The notes under the pieces: model-generated | Databases searched by the model: none | What the model saw: the letters and a program-made list of their open reading frames with translations, nothing else | What the model was told of the DNA's origin: nothing | Made by a program: the position numbers and the translations under genes | Origin: Anaerolineae bacterium | Lineage (GTDB): Bacteria > Chloroflexota > Anaerolineae > UBA1429 | NCBI GenBank assembly: GCA_963675785.1 | Contig: OY776562.1 | Coordinates: forward strand, 2,304,001-2,368,000 | Direction: 5' to 3' | DNA length: 64,000 bases | Shown: piece after piece, positions 45,978 to 56,072 of the stretch | How the letters are laid out: the number at the start of each line of letters is the position of its first letter | Position numbering within the stretch: position 1 is the stretch's first letter

Positions 45978-48052
45978 GCTATGCTCCCTTTGAACACTTG
46001 GAGAGTCTGTGTATAGGCACAGTGGACTATGTAGCTCCTGATGAAATCAGAGTGCTCCTCGACACTGAAGCCCCTGAGACAATCGCTCTCAATGCTGGTG
46101 ACCCTCGACCATTTCCACGCGTTAATGGATACGTCTTGATTCCTGTAGATACAAGCTATTTGGTAGGACAAATCGAATGGCTTACAGTCGAACGTTCTCC
46201 TTTTCCTCAACGACAAGGCATGCGTGATTTTGGGCTAATCGACTTGCCATATCCTTTAAGAAGAATGAAGCTCAATCCATTGGGCATGTTAACAGCCCAG
46301 AGTACGCCAGACGGAGCAGCTGCCTTTAGCTTCCGACGCGGAGCGGATGCACTGCCCTCCATTGGAACGAGCGTCTTGCTTCCAACAAGCGTTCAACTCC
46401 GCTCCATCATCGAATCCGGAGAAAAGCGACACGTCAAAATTGGCACCAGTCCCTTGGCAGGAAACGCAGACGTATGCGTAGATCCAGATCGTTTGTTTGG
46501 TCGACATCTAGCCGTTTTAGGTAATACGGGCAGTGGCAAATCCTGTTCAGTGGCAGGACTTGTCAGGTGGTCATTAGAAGAAGCAAGAAGAAAAGGAGGA
46601 TGTGAGCCGAATTCCCGATTCATCATTCTAGATCCCAACGGTGAATATAAAAGCGCGTTCACTGGAGAAAATGCCCGCTTTTTCACAGCCAAAGTAGAAG
46701 AAAATGGGGACCAATTACTAAAAGTCCCAATCTGGTTTTGGAATAGTTCAGAATGGTGTAGCTTCATTGAAGCAAGTTCAAAGACACAGCGTCCCACTCT
46801 CATCCAAGCATTGCGAACTGTGAAAAGTGATCTAGTAGAGCCTGAAGAAAATCAAAGTCATGAAATGAGACGTTTCTTAAGAACGCTCGTCCAGATTCTA
46901 AGGATCGAGAAGAACAAGGGCAATCCTTGGGCAGGTTTTCCTAAATCAAAAGGATTCTATGAGCTTCTCGAAAAATGGAATTCTAGCTTAGAAGATGGAC
47001 GCGCATCTTTAGAAACACAAGAAAGTGATAAACTCGAAGAAATCTGCGATGAACTAGAAGACCTCTGTAGGCCACGTCGGAAGCAGTATGCTACTTACGA
47101 TTTTACTCTTCAAGAAATTGGCCATCTAATCGAACTCGCAAGCAACGCACATTCCCTCTTCGGCGGCAGTATAGAAGAACTAGAGCTTCTTGACGCAGAT
47201 ATTCCCCGGTATTTCTCTGGAGACTCTCTGCTCAGAAGCGTAGAAGCAACTGCCGAAATACTCAATGTTTCCGAACATGTGGAAACGCTGCTTATTCGCC
47301 TCAGAACGCTTCTAGGCAATTCCAATATAAAAACTATACTCGGAGACAAAGAAACAACTCTTGATACATGGCTAACCGATTATATTGGTTCAGAGAGAAA
47401 TCTAAATGGTTGTATCTGTATCGTAGATCTTTCATTAGTACCTAACGAAGTCATCCAGATTATTACAGCAGTTATTGCCAGAATGGTGCTCGAAGCCCTT
47501 CAACGCTATCGGAAGATGAATAAAGAGGTTTTGCCTACGGTGCTTGTTATGGAGGAAGCACACACATTCATAAAAAAATACCCCCAAGACTCTGAAAATG
47601 TCACTTCAGCAACCATCTGTTGCCAAATTTTCGAAAAGATCGCCCGAGAGGGGCGAAAATTTGGTCTTGGATTGGTTCTTTCCTCACAGCGTCCAAGCGA
47701 GCTCTCTCCAACCGTATTGTCACAATGCAATACTTTTTTACTGCACCGCATTAGTAACGACCGAGATCAGGAACTCGTGCAACGCCTTGTTCCCGATAAC
47801 TTGCGTGGCTTGCTGCGTGAGTTACCCTCACTTCCATCACAGAACGCTATATTGCTGGGCTGGGCAACAGAATTGCCTATCCTTGTCCGAATGAATGATC
47901 TGCCCGAAAATCAACGTCCCCACTCTAGTGATCCTGATTTCTGGAAAGTCTGGACTGGCGAAAGTGAAAGGTCAGTTGATTGGGAGAAGATAGCCGATGA
48001 TTGGCAAGGTGGTAACCCCGAGGGTGATGCAGAAGATTCCTCACCTGACTGA
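45974..48052 (+). CDS. herA: HerA/FtsK-family ATPase (HAS barrel plus DUF87)
   Basis: RHLAVLGNTGSGKS, DPNGEY, VMEEAH, IAREGRKFG, SQRPSELS; ATGA overlap with the SIR2 gene. Confidence 0.9.
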   Translation: MSYAPFEHLESLCIGTVDYVAPDEIRVLLDTEAPETIALNAGDPRPFPRVNGYVLIPVDTSYLVGQIEWLTVERSPFPQRQGMRDFGLIDLPYPLRRMKLNPLGMLTAQSTPDGAAAFSFRRGADALPSIGTSVLLPTSVQLRSIIESGEKRHVKIGTSPLAGNADVCVDPDRLFGRHLAVLGNTGSGKSCSVAGLVRWSLEEARRKGGCEPNSRFIILDPNGEYKSAFTGENARFFTAKVEENGDQLLKVPIWFWNSSEWCSFIEASSKTQRPTLIQALRTVKSDLVEPEENQSHEMRRFLRTLVQILRIEKNKGNPWAGFPKSKGFYELLEKWNSSLEDGRASLETQESDKLEEICDELEDLCRPRRKQYATYDFTLQEIGHLIELASNAHSLFGGSIEELELLDADIPRYFSGDSLLRSVEATAEILNVSEHVETLLIRLRTLLGNSNIKTILGDKETTLDTWLTDYIGSERNLNGCICIVDLSLVPNEVIQIITAVIARMVLEALQRYRKMNKEVLPTVLVMEEAHTFIKKYPQDSENVTSATICCQIFEKIAREGRKFGLGLVLSSQRPSELSPTVLSQCNTFLLHRISNDRDQELVQRLVPDNLRGLLRELPSLPSQNAILLGWATELPILVRMNDLPENQRPHSSDPDFWKVWTGESERSVDWEKIADDWQGGNPEGDAEDSSPD

Positions 48053-48274
48053 ATTCAAATTCTTACATCCTCATCAAGCCGCTGCCAGCCGCGCAGCGGC
48101 TGTTTTCTTTAGCGGCCCCACACCGAGGACCGACTTGAGAAACCAATTCAGTTGAAACATACTGAATGCAGACATCCTCGCATCCCTCCAGCGGAACCAT
48201 CCCATGCCTTTTTGCGTATACTAGAATGGCATAACCCACAAAAATAGCATAGGTATTCGAAAGGAACCCCACCC

Positions 48275-50020
48275 ATGCCAAACTTTCGATTGAAGCTGGC
48301 CGCACTGGTTGCGTCAGCCGTCATGGTGGTTGGCTGCAGCACGAGTGGCTCGGCCAGCCCTGAGCAGTTTTATTCCACCGGGCAAGTAACGCGCGGCGAT
48401 ATGGCCGAAGTGATTCAGACCTACGGCCAGATTACGGCGCAAGAAGAAGAGACCCTCACCTTTGGTACTGTCAGCGGCACCATCTCTGAGGTACTGGTGA
48501 GCGTCGGCCAAACCGTACAGGCGGGTGATCCGCTGGTGCGGCTGAACACGGCTGCGTTGGAAAAGGCGCTGGTAGAAGCCAAGGCCGATCTGGTGGTGGC
48601 CGAAGCCAAGCTGCGCGAAGCCGAGGTAACTGCCTCGGAATCCGCCGTGCTGGAGGCCGAAGCGAACCTCATCTCGGCTGAGAACGCGGTCTCTAAAGCC
48701 TATCTCGACTGGCAGATCGCCATCGCGACGGGCCTCGAATCGCTGCAGAACGCGGTGACCAAGGCCCAGGCCGACGTGGCGCTGGCCCAACAGCAATTGG
48801 AGATGACTCAACTTACCGCGCAGAGCGGGCAGATTCGCCTGTTGGAATACGACGAGGCGTTTTTGCAGCGCAGCCTGCGCGACATTACCCCCGAGCAAGA
48901 CCCCGCGCCGATTCAGGAGCAGTTGGAGCAGACTCAGCAGAGCCTGGCCACTGCGCGTGCCTCGCGCGAGAGCAGCATTCAATCGGCGCAGGACGTGGTG
49001 GATCAGGCCGAGCAGGATTTAGCCCGCGCCCAGGCCAAGCTACAGCGCGCCACAAATGGCACCGACGATCCCACGGTTAGCGCCGAACTCGCCTATACAC
49101 AGGCTGTGAGCCAGCGCGATGCTGCCCAAAAGGCGTTGGACGACCTCAATCAGGGCGGTGACCCTGCCTCTGTGGAGGCCGCCAAAACGACTTATGATGC
49201 GGCCTTGGCCAAGGTAGAAGAGATCGAGTCCAAGATTGAAGATACAACCCTCACCGCTCCCTTTGCCGGCGTCATCTTTTCGCTCAATGCCCAAGAGGGC
49301 CAGGTGGTTACTTCCTCCGATCAGATCATTTACCTGGCCAACCCCTCTGAGTTGAGCGCTACCGCCAACGTTTCCGAGGTCGATGTGGTGAAGCTCAGTC
49401 TCGGTCAAGAGGTGCGCGCCACTTTTGACGCCTTCCCCGACGAGCTGGTTATCGGCGAATTGGAGAGCATCGATCAACAGGCTGATACGCAGAGCGGCAT
49501 TCCTGCGTTCGCCATCAAGGTCGCTTTTGACGAGACGCCTGACGGCGTCAGCCCCGGCCTGAGCGCCAATCTGCGCATCATCATTGGCGAACGGCAAGAT
49601 GTCATTATGGTGCCCGCCGCCGCCCTGCAGCAGGATTGGGAAAACGTGTATGTGCAGGTGCAAAAGGCCAGCGGTTCCTGGGAAACGCGCACTATCACCA
49701 TCGGCATCAATGATGGCATCATGGTGGAGGTTCTCAGCGGACTGGAAGAGGGCGAGACAGTGATGCTGCCTCTCACCGATACCAGCACTGACACCGGTAC
49801 GGGCGTCGTCGAACCTCTCATGGAAGATTCCAATCAAGAAGGCGTCATCGATGAGACTGGAGACGGCGTCATTCTTGACGATTCAGGCGAAGGTGTGATC
49901 ATCGAAGAAGCAGGGTCTTCTGAGGCAGGGATTGGCGGAGCTGATAGCCCTGAGATCATTGAAACGACGCCGCTGACCGATACGGTGTCCGTTGATAAAG
50001 AAAGCACAGAGGCCAGGTAA
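48275..50020 (+). CDS. Efflux adaptor (HlyD/MacA-like) lipoprotein, operon A gene 1
   Basis: Lipobox VVG/C; lipoyl halves (V.VGQ.V.AGD, TAPFAG); long coiled coil; acidic tail. Confidence 0.88.
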   Translation: MPNFRLKLAALVASAVMVVGCSTSGSASPEQFYSTGQVTRGDMAEVIQTYGQITAQEEETLTFGTVSGTISEVLVSVGQTVQAGDPLVRLNTAALEKALVEAKADLVVAEAKLREAEVTASESAVLEAEANLISAENAVSKAYLDWQIAIATGLESLQNAVTKAQADVALAQQQLEMTQLTAQSGQIRLLEYDEAFLQRSLRDITPEQDPAPIQEQLEQTQQSLATARASRESSIQSAQDVVDQAEQDLARAQAKLQRATNGTDDPTVSAELAYTQAVSQRDAAQKALDDLNQGGDPASVEAAKTTYDAALAKVEEIESKIEDTTLTAPFAGVIFSLNAQEGQVVTSSDQIIYLANPSELSATANVSEVDVVKLSLGQEVRATFDAFPDELVIGELESIDQQADTQSGIPAFAIKVAFDETPDGVSPGLSANLRIIIGERQDVIMVPAAALQQDWENVYVQVQKASGSWETRTITIGINDGIMVEVLSGLEEGETVMLPLTDTSTDTGTGVVEPLMEDSNQEGVIDETGDGVILDDSGEGVIIEEAGSSEAGIGGADSPEIIETTPLTDTVSVDKESTEAR

Positions 50021-50021
50021 G

Positions 50022-51647
50022 ATGAGCAAGAAACGTAAATGGACCAAGCCGCTGGCCGGCATCGGCTGCCTTTCTGTCATCGCCATCGTTGTGGTATTGG
50101 TGATTACGGTCGCAATTCCCCAGATCAAATCGCTGGTGAACGGCGACACGGATCAATCCCAATGGGACCTCATGGGCCCTACTATCGACCAAACAGTAAC
50201 TGTTGGCTCGGTTTCCAACGGCATTCAGGTGTACGGCACGGTCAAGCCTATCCGCGAGGCCTCGCTGTCCTTTGGGTACGGCAACGCCACGGTATCGCTG
50301 ATCAACGTCTACGCGGGCATGCCCGTCATGGCGGGGGATACTCTCATTCAGGTGGATACCGAAGAGCGCGAGCGCGACCTGGCGCAGGCCAAATCGGATT
50401 TACAGGACGCCCAGGATGAACTGGACGCCCTTTTGAGCGGAGTCGATCTGGCATCAAAACAGCTCGAACTAAGAGTAGAGCTGGCCCAGTGGCAGGAGAA
50501 ACTCACTGACGCACAGACTGCACTGGCCGATTTCGATGCGGGCAAGGGGACTCCTGCCGAAGAGAGAGAACGCGCTGCGCAAGAACTGACCCAGGCTCGG
50601 GCCAATTTGGACGAGCTAGTAAACGGCCAAGATCGGCAAGAGATGATCGATCAGTTGCAGTGGATCTATAACCAGGCCGAAGTCAAGCATGGCGAGATGA
50701 CGGTCATTGCCAACCCCAGCGAGCAAGACATGGATATCGAGTGGCTGCTGCGCATCGATATGCTGGCCAAGTACGAATCGTTGGAGCAGGCCAAACTGCA
50801 ATACGATATAGACGTTGCCAACGCCGAGCTGCGTGTGCAGACTGCTGAGCAAGAACTCGCCCGGCTGGATGCAGAGCTGGCGCTAGGGAGCCAGGCCATT
50901 GCCCGGCAAGAGATTGTCGCCGAGATTGCCGCAGCGCAAACGCGTATTGCCCAAATCAACGCGTCGCTTACTAACCTTTCGCAGAATGTGGATACGGCCG
51001 AAGTAGCCGAAGCGCGTGCTGAGGTCATCAAAAAAGAGGGTGCTCTGGAAGAAGCCGAGAACGCCATGGCGGATTCGGTGCTCGTAGCCCCCTTTGACGG
51101 TCTCGTGGCTCAGGTCAATGCTGAGCAAGGCAGTCCCGTATCCGCTGGGGCAGCTGTTGTCATCATCCAGGATACCAGTTCGTTGCGCATCACTGCCCAG
51201 ATGAGCGAGGTCGACCTCAAACGCATTACCACTGGCGATCCCGTAGTGGTCACTTTTGACGCCTATCCTGGTCAGCAAGTCTATGGCACAGTTGGCGAAT
51301 TGCCGCTCACGGGCACTTATCAGAACGGCATCACCACCTACGAGGTGCCTGTTCTCCTCGAGGATGTGGGTATCGACCTGATGACCGGCATGTCGGCCAA
51401 TGTGCTGGTGCCACTGGAAACCATCGATAACGTGCTGGTGGTTCCCGCAGCAGCCGTGTTTAGTGAATACACTGGTGACGACTATGTTTGGCTCGTCAAT
51501 GGCAACGATGTCGAAAAACAATACATTGAAGTGGGCATTAGCGATGGCCTAAACACCGAGATCAAGGCGGGGTTGGAAGAGGGTCAGATTGTGCGAATGG
51601 TCACCCAGAGCTATTCCCAAAGCTCTGGAGGAGTGATATTCTACTAA
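50022..51647 (+). CDS. Efflux adaptor (HlyD/MacA-like) with N-terminal TM anchor, operon A gene 2
   Basis: TM helix, APFDG, E.D, GMSA.V, VP..AV, G.SDG..TEI..GL.EG. Confidence 0.88.
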   Translation: MSKKRKWTKPLAGIGCLSVIAIVVVLVITVAIPQIKSLVNGDTDQSQWDLMGPTIDQTVTVGSVSNGIQVYGTVKPIREASLSFGYGNATVSLINVYAGMPVMAGDTLIQVDTEERERDLAQAKSDLQDAQDELDALLSGVDLASKQLELRVELAQWQEKLTDAQTALADFDAGKGTPAEERERAAQELTQARANLDELVNGQDRQEMIDQLQWIYNQAEVKHGEMTVIANPSEQDMDIEWLLRIDMLAKYESLEQAKLQYDIDVANAELRVQTAEQELARLDAELALGSQAIARQEIVAEIAAAQTRIAQINASLTNLSQNVDTAEVAEARAEVIKKEGALEEAENAMADSVLVAPFDGLVAQVNAEQGSPVSAGAAVVIIQDTSSLRITAQMSEVDLKRITTGDPVVVTFDAYPGQQVYGTVGELPLTGTYQNGITTYEVPVLLEDVGIDLMTGMSANVLVPLETIDNVLVVPAAAVFSEYTGDDYVWLVNGNDVEKQYIEVGISDGLNTEIKAGLEEGQIVRMVTQSYSQSSGGVIFY

Positions 51648-52939
51648 TGAAAAGGCCAATCAATCTACAATTTGCGCTGCATGGGCTGGGTTCCAGCAAG
51701 CTGCGTTCGGCACTCACTACACTTGGCATCGTCATCGGTGTCGCCGCTGTCATTACGATCGTCTCTTTGGGGCAAGGCCTAAGCCGGGCCACAAAGGAAC
51801 AGATGGAATCTTATGGCAGTGGTACCATTGAGGTGCGTCCATCGATGAGCGGCGGCTATTACTATTCTGATTATGCAATGAGCTCGGTTGCTGTAATGGG
51901 TGGGAGTGATTACTATTCTTCGCCGGCGCAGGCCCAGCTTACGTCTCAGGATGTAACAGCCATCGAAATGCTTTCCACACGCGTGGACGGCGTATCTCCA
52001 CAAATCGAGATCTATGGCAGCAGCTCGTGGAATGGCGAAAGCACCTACGCGGGTTCGATCCTTGGTATCACGCCGGAATGGCTCAACGTCTACAAGCGAG
52101 AACTGTCTCTGGGACGCTTTATCTCGGATGAAGACAACCAAAATCAGTTGCCCGTTGTGGTCATTGACGAGCAATTGGCAGAAGAGGTGATGGGAAGTAT
52201 CAATCCGATCGGACAAATCCTCCATATCACTGTCAACGAAGTTACGCAAAACTATACGGTGATTGGAGTGCTCGCTGCCAACTCTCAGTACAGTTCTACG
52301 CGCTATAACCTGCTCATCCCTATGGAAACCGCGAACGTACGCCTGCCTGGCGCACGTGATGCAGGTATCAGTATGATTGCCTTGCGTATGGATGATCGCG
52401 ACATGCAAGAACGCGAATATGCTTTGGCTGAGGTCAACACGATCCTGCGCGCCAGCCACAAGCTTAGCCGATCGGATACGGCAGACTTTTACCTGCAAGA
52501 CACGCTGCAATATAGTGAAAGCTCCACCCAATTCCTCCAAGTCGTTACTATTGTTCTCGCCCTGATAGCCGGCATCTCTTTGATTGTAGGCAGCATCGGC
52601 CTCATGAACATCATGCTGGTCACTGTAAGTGAACGCACCTGGGAGATCGGTATGCGCAGGGCCATCGGCGCCCAGCGCAGCGACATCATGGTGCAGTTCC
52701 TGACAGAAGCCATCCTTCTTTCGCTGGCTGGAGGTTTGGTTGGCATGGGATTGGGAATCGCTGGCTCCTATGGTGTGGCGATGCTGTTCGAGGAACTTCA
52801 AGGGCATATCGTGGTCACAGCGGGCATCGTCGGCATTGCCGTAGGTGTATCAACAATCGTTGGCGTCGTTTCAGGCCTGTACCCTGCATGGCGCGCAGCC
52901 CGGTTGCAACCGACAGAAGCGCTTAGACACATGGCCTAG
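51647..52939 (+). CDS. MacB/FtsX-type ABC permease, operon A
   Basis: RS.LT.LGIVIGVAAV, GLMNIMLV.V.ERT.EIG.R.A.GA, G.YPAWRAARL.P.EALR. Confidence 0.93.
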   Translation: MKRPINLQFALHGLGSSKLRSALTTLGIVIGVAAVITIVSLGQGLSRATKEQMESYGSGTIEVRPSMSGGYYYSDYAMSSVAVMGGSDYYSSPAQAQLTSQDVTAIEMLSTRVDGVSPQIEIYGSSSWNGESTYAGSILGITPEWLNVYKRELSLGRFISDEDNQNQLPVVVIDEQLAEEVMGSINPIGQILHITVNEVTQNYTVIGVLAANSQYSSTRYNLLIPMETANVRLPGARDAGISMIALRMDDRDMQEREYALAEVNTILRASHKLSRSDTADFYLQDTLQYSESSTQFLQVVTIVLALIAGISLIVGSIGLMNIMLVTVSERTWEIGMRRAIGAQRSDIMVQFLTEAILLSLAGGLVGMGLGIAGSYGVAMLFEELQGHIVVTAGIVGIAVGVSTIVGVVSGLYPAWRAARLQPTEALRHMA

Positions 52940-52965
52940 TTGTAGCAAGTACGCAGGAGGATTTC

Positions 52966-53664
52966 ATGACAAGTGAAAACGGCGCTCTGCTGCACCTGGA
53001 GAACGTCCGCAAAATCTACCAGATGGGCGAAGTAGAAGTCGAAGCCATCAAGAACGCCAGCCTGGATATTCAGGCTGGAGAATTCGTTGCCATTGTTGGG
53101 CCTTCAGGTTCTGGAAAAACAACCATGCTCAACATCGTTGGCTGTCTCGATCTGCCTACAGAGGGCACGTATTATCTTCAGGGGCAGGATGTGATGGCCA
53201 TGAACGATAGGCGAATCTCGCAGCTTCGTGGCGAGGGGCTGGGGTTTGTTTTTCAGAATTATAGCCTTTTGAACCGCGCCACGGCCCTGGCCAACGTTGA
53301 AATGCCCTACCTTTACAAGTACCGCAATGGAAATAAGAACCGTGCCAAAGAATTATTGGAAAAGGTTGGGCTCGGAGATCGTATCAACCACCGCCCCACC
53401 GAATTATCTGGTGGGCAGCAGCAACGTGTAGCTGTGGCGCGCGCGCTGATGAACGACCCTTTCTTGCTGTTAGCGGATGAACCTACCGGCAACCTGGATA
53501 GTCACTCGGGCCAAGAGCTCATGGATTTGTTCGATCAACTCAACCATGAGCAAGGGCTTACTATCATCATGGTTACCCATGACGCCGACATAAGTGCACG
53601 GGCCAAGCGCACTGTACACATGCTGGATGGTGAAGTTGAGCACGACGAACACAACGGCAGATAG
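52966..53664 (+). CDS. ABC ATP-binding protein (LolD/MacB type), operon A
   Basis: [34 protein letters not shown]. Confidence 0.95.
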   Translation: MTSENGALLHLENVRKIYQMGEVEVEAIKNASLDIQAGEFVAIVGPSGSGKTTMLNIVGCLDLPTEGTYYLQGQDVMAMNDRRISQLRGEGLGFVFQNYSLLNRATALANVEMPYLYKYRNGNKNRAKELLEKVGLGDRINHRPTELSGGQQQRVAVARALMNDPFLLLADEPTGNLDSHSGQELMDLFDQLNHEQGLTIIMVTHDADISARAKRTVHMLDGEVEHDEHNGR

Positions 53665-53691
53665 CTCTCTCTAGATTTTGCTTATCAACAA

Positions 53692-53730
53692 GAACCGCTG
53701 CACCTCGAATGAGGTACAGCGGTTCGTTTT
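53692..53730 (+). terminator. Intrinsic terminator of operon A
   Basis: gaaccgctg...cagcggttc followed by gtttt. Confidence 0.7.
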
Positions 53731-53881
53731 AGGTTGGGATGCCCCCACTCTACCCAAAAGCTCAATACTAAAAGAACTAAACAACTATCTAACAGCCGAT
53801 TCATATTGTCTCTATATTCTTTTACGAGAATCTAGTACAGATTTGCCGGATTTGCTCAATGAACCTCTCCCACACACAAAC

Positions 53882-53923
53882 AAAAAATCCGATTCACGGG
53901 CCCAAGGGCCTGCAAATCGGATT
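53882..53923 (-). terminator. Probable terminator of the tRNA gene
   Basis: aatccgatt...aatcggatt stem with a U-tract on the minus strand. Confidence 0.6.
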
Positions 53924-53934
53924 AGCATTTCTAG

Positions 53935-54007
53935 CGCGCCCAGCAGGGGTCGAACCTGCAACCGACGGATTCGAAGTCCGGCACTCTATCCATTGAGCTA
54001 TGGGCGC
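53935..54007 (-). tRNA. tRNA-Arg (anticodon UCG), CCA not encoded
   Basis: Reverse complement GCGCCCA-TAGCTCAATGGATAGAGT-G-CCGGA-CT-TCG-AA-TCCGT-CGGTT-GCAGG-TTCGACC-CCTGC-TGGGCGC-G; full cloverleaf with a T-loop. Confidence 0.95.
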
Positions 54008-54158
54008 AAAACTCACCACCCTAGTTTAGTCTGGCCCTGCTCTCTGTCAAATGGCCCAGCCCGAAGACCCGTAGGCCAAGATATCTATTTGCTGGCGCAT
54101 TGCCCACAGAGCGCAAGTAACTATCCGACAAAGCACTATTCGAAAGGAGCCTTATCTA

Positions 54159-56054
54159 ATGCCAAGCTCTCGATTAAAACTGCCCTCCCTACTGGCGGCA
54201 GTTATTTTGGTGGCAGGCTGTAGTGGCACCACAGGCAATTCATCCGATGCCAGCGTTTTCTACTCTACTTCAGAAGTAGCAATCGGCAATGTCTCTGAAA
54301 TCGTTTCGAGTTATGGCAGCGTTGCTGCACAAGAAGAAGAGACCATGACTTTTGACAGTGTCAGCGGTACGGTTTCCGAAATCTATGTGACCGCAGGGCA
54401 GACCGTCCAAGAAGGAACTCCACTTCTTAGCCTTGACACCACCGATCTGGAAGAAGAACTTGTCGAAGCCAACGCTGAACTCGTTGTTGCAGAAGCCAAG
54501 CTGCGTGAAGAGGAAGTAACCGCTTCGGAATCTGCAGTACTGGAAGCCGAAGCCAACCTCGCTACTGCTGAAAACCAAGTTTCCCAAACATATCTCGAAT
54601 GGCAGATTGCCATTGCTAGTGGGCTAGAAACCCTACAAAACGATGTAACAGATGCTGAATACGCTCTGGAAAAAGCCCAACAAGAACTCGAGATGACTGA
54701 GCTTACTTCACAAAGTTCAACCATACGCCAACTCGAATATGATATCGCCTTCTTTGAGCGCACCCTGCGCGATCTCGATGATGAGGAAGAAGAAGCTGAC
54801 ATTGAAGAGGAATCGGCCGAAGCCGAAAAGAGTCTCACATCTGCACAAGCGTCTCGCGAGAGCGCAATTCAGAACGCTCAAGATGCAGTAGATCAGGCTC
54901 AAGAAGATCTGGATAAGGCTCAGGCTAAACTCAATCTGGCCATTGCCGGCACATACGACCCGACTGCTTCGACAGAGCTTGCCTATCAGCAAGCCGTCAG
55001 CGAGCGTGATGATGCTCAAGAAGCGCTGGATGAACTCAACGAAGGCGGTGATCCTGCTTCTGTGGAGGCAGCTCAAACGGCATATGATGCAGCTCTTGCT
55101 AACGTCCAAGATCTAGAAGAGCAGATTGCGGATACAACGCTCTATGCTCCTTTTGACGGTATCATTTTTACATTGAATGTTGATCTGGGAGACACTGTTG
55201 CAGCAACAGACAGCATTATCTATATCGCCAACATGAGTGCCCTAGGTGCCAGCGGAACCGTATCTGAAGTCGATTACTCTTTGCTCAAAGTAGGACAATC
55301 TGTTCTCGTTACCTTTGATGCCTATCCTGATATTTCTGTCACGGGAGAACTGACCGAAGTCTCTGAAGAGGCGGACTCTGACTCAACGGTGCCTACATTT
55401 GACATCGAGGTGGCCTTCTCAGAAACACCAGAAGAGATCACCCCAAGCATTACCGCCAATCTGAGCATCGTTGTAGGAGAGCTCGAAGATGTTCTTACGG
55501 TAGCTGCGGCCGCAATCCAACAAGATGGTGATACCGTCTATGTGCAAGTGCAAAAGAGCACTGGAGACTGGGAAGCACGTGAGGTATCGATTGGGCTCAG
55601 CGACGGCACACTATGTGAAGTTCTGGATGGTCTAGAAGAGGGTGAAACTGTCATGATCCCCGTTGTTTCTAGTGGCAGCTCATCAGAAGATGAAGAGGAA
55701 GATACGACTGAAGAGGCGACGCTCGAACCTATAGCGACGACCACACCAGAGAGTACCGAATCTTCAACAGAGGATACCTCCGCTATGCCCGAAATTACGA
55801 TGCCCACAGATGGCCAATTCCCGACCCAAGGGCAGCAAGGTCAGGGCCCCATGGGAGAAGGGGGAGGAACTGATTCTACTCTAGATCAGTTGCAGGATCT
55901 CTTGGGTGATGGCACTGATACTGCGCCCAGTGGTGGTGAGATGCCCAGCGGCGGCGAGATGCCCAGTGGCGGCGAAATGCCCAGTGGTGGCGAAATGCCC
56001 AGTGGCGGCGAAATACCCAGTGGCGGCGAGATGCCCAGTCAGACGAATCCCTAA
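54159..56054 (+). CDS. Efflux adaptor lipoprotein, operon B gene 1 (paralogue of 48275)
   Basis: Lipobox VAG/C; colinear similarity with 48275-50020; acidic low-complexity tail. Confidence 0.88.
   Translation: MPSSRLKLPSLLAAVILVAGCSGTTGNSSDASVFYSTSEVAIGNVSEIVSSYGSVAAQEEETMTFDSVSGTVSEIYVTAGQTVQEGTPLLSLDTTDLEEELVEANAELVVAEAKLREEEVTASESAVLEAEANLATAENQVSQTYLEWQIAIASGLETLQNDVTDAEYALEKAQQELEMTELTSQSSTIRQLEYDIAFFERTLRDLDDEEEEADIEEESAEAEKSLTSAQASRESAIQNAQDAVDQAQEDLDKAQAKLNLAIAGTYDPTASTELAYQQAVSERDDAQEALDELNEGGDPASVEAAQTAYDAALANVQDLEEQIADTTLYAPFDGIIFTLNVDLGDTVAATDSIIYIANMSALGASGTVSEVDYSLLKVGQSVLVTFDAYPDISVTGELTEVSEEADSDSTVPTFDIEVAFSETPEEITPSITANLSIVVGELEDVLTVAAAAIQQDGDTVYVQVQKSTGDWEAREVSIGLSDGTLCEVLDGLEEGETVMIPVVSSGSSSEDEEEDTTEEATLEPIATTTPESTESSTEDTSAMPEITMPTDGQFPTQGQQGQGPMGEGGGTDSTLDQLQDLLGDGTDTAPSGGEMPSGGEMPSGGEMPSGGEMPSGGEIPSGGEMPSQTNP
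55926..56039 (+). repeat. Coding 18-bp tandem repeat, six copies (PSGGEM)
   Basis: cccagyggyggygaratr x6 plus a partial copy. Confidence 0.95.
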
Positions 56055-56072
56055 GGATAGAGGCAAAATAGC

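Noticed and set aside
1926-52807. Long antisense ORFs (e.g. 1926-2756, 16780-17793, 24170-25033, 38274-39284, 51779-52807)
   Set aside because: They lie opposite well-supported genes, as expected from codon bias in GC-rich DNA, and show no family motifs.
44450-53935. tRNA-anchored genomic island with attL/attR
   Set aside because: No duplicate of the tRNA 3' end and no integrase were found in the window.
53678-54223. 181-aa ORF between the efflux operons
   Set aside because: It runs across two terminators and the antisense strand of the tRNA and has no recognisable protein features.
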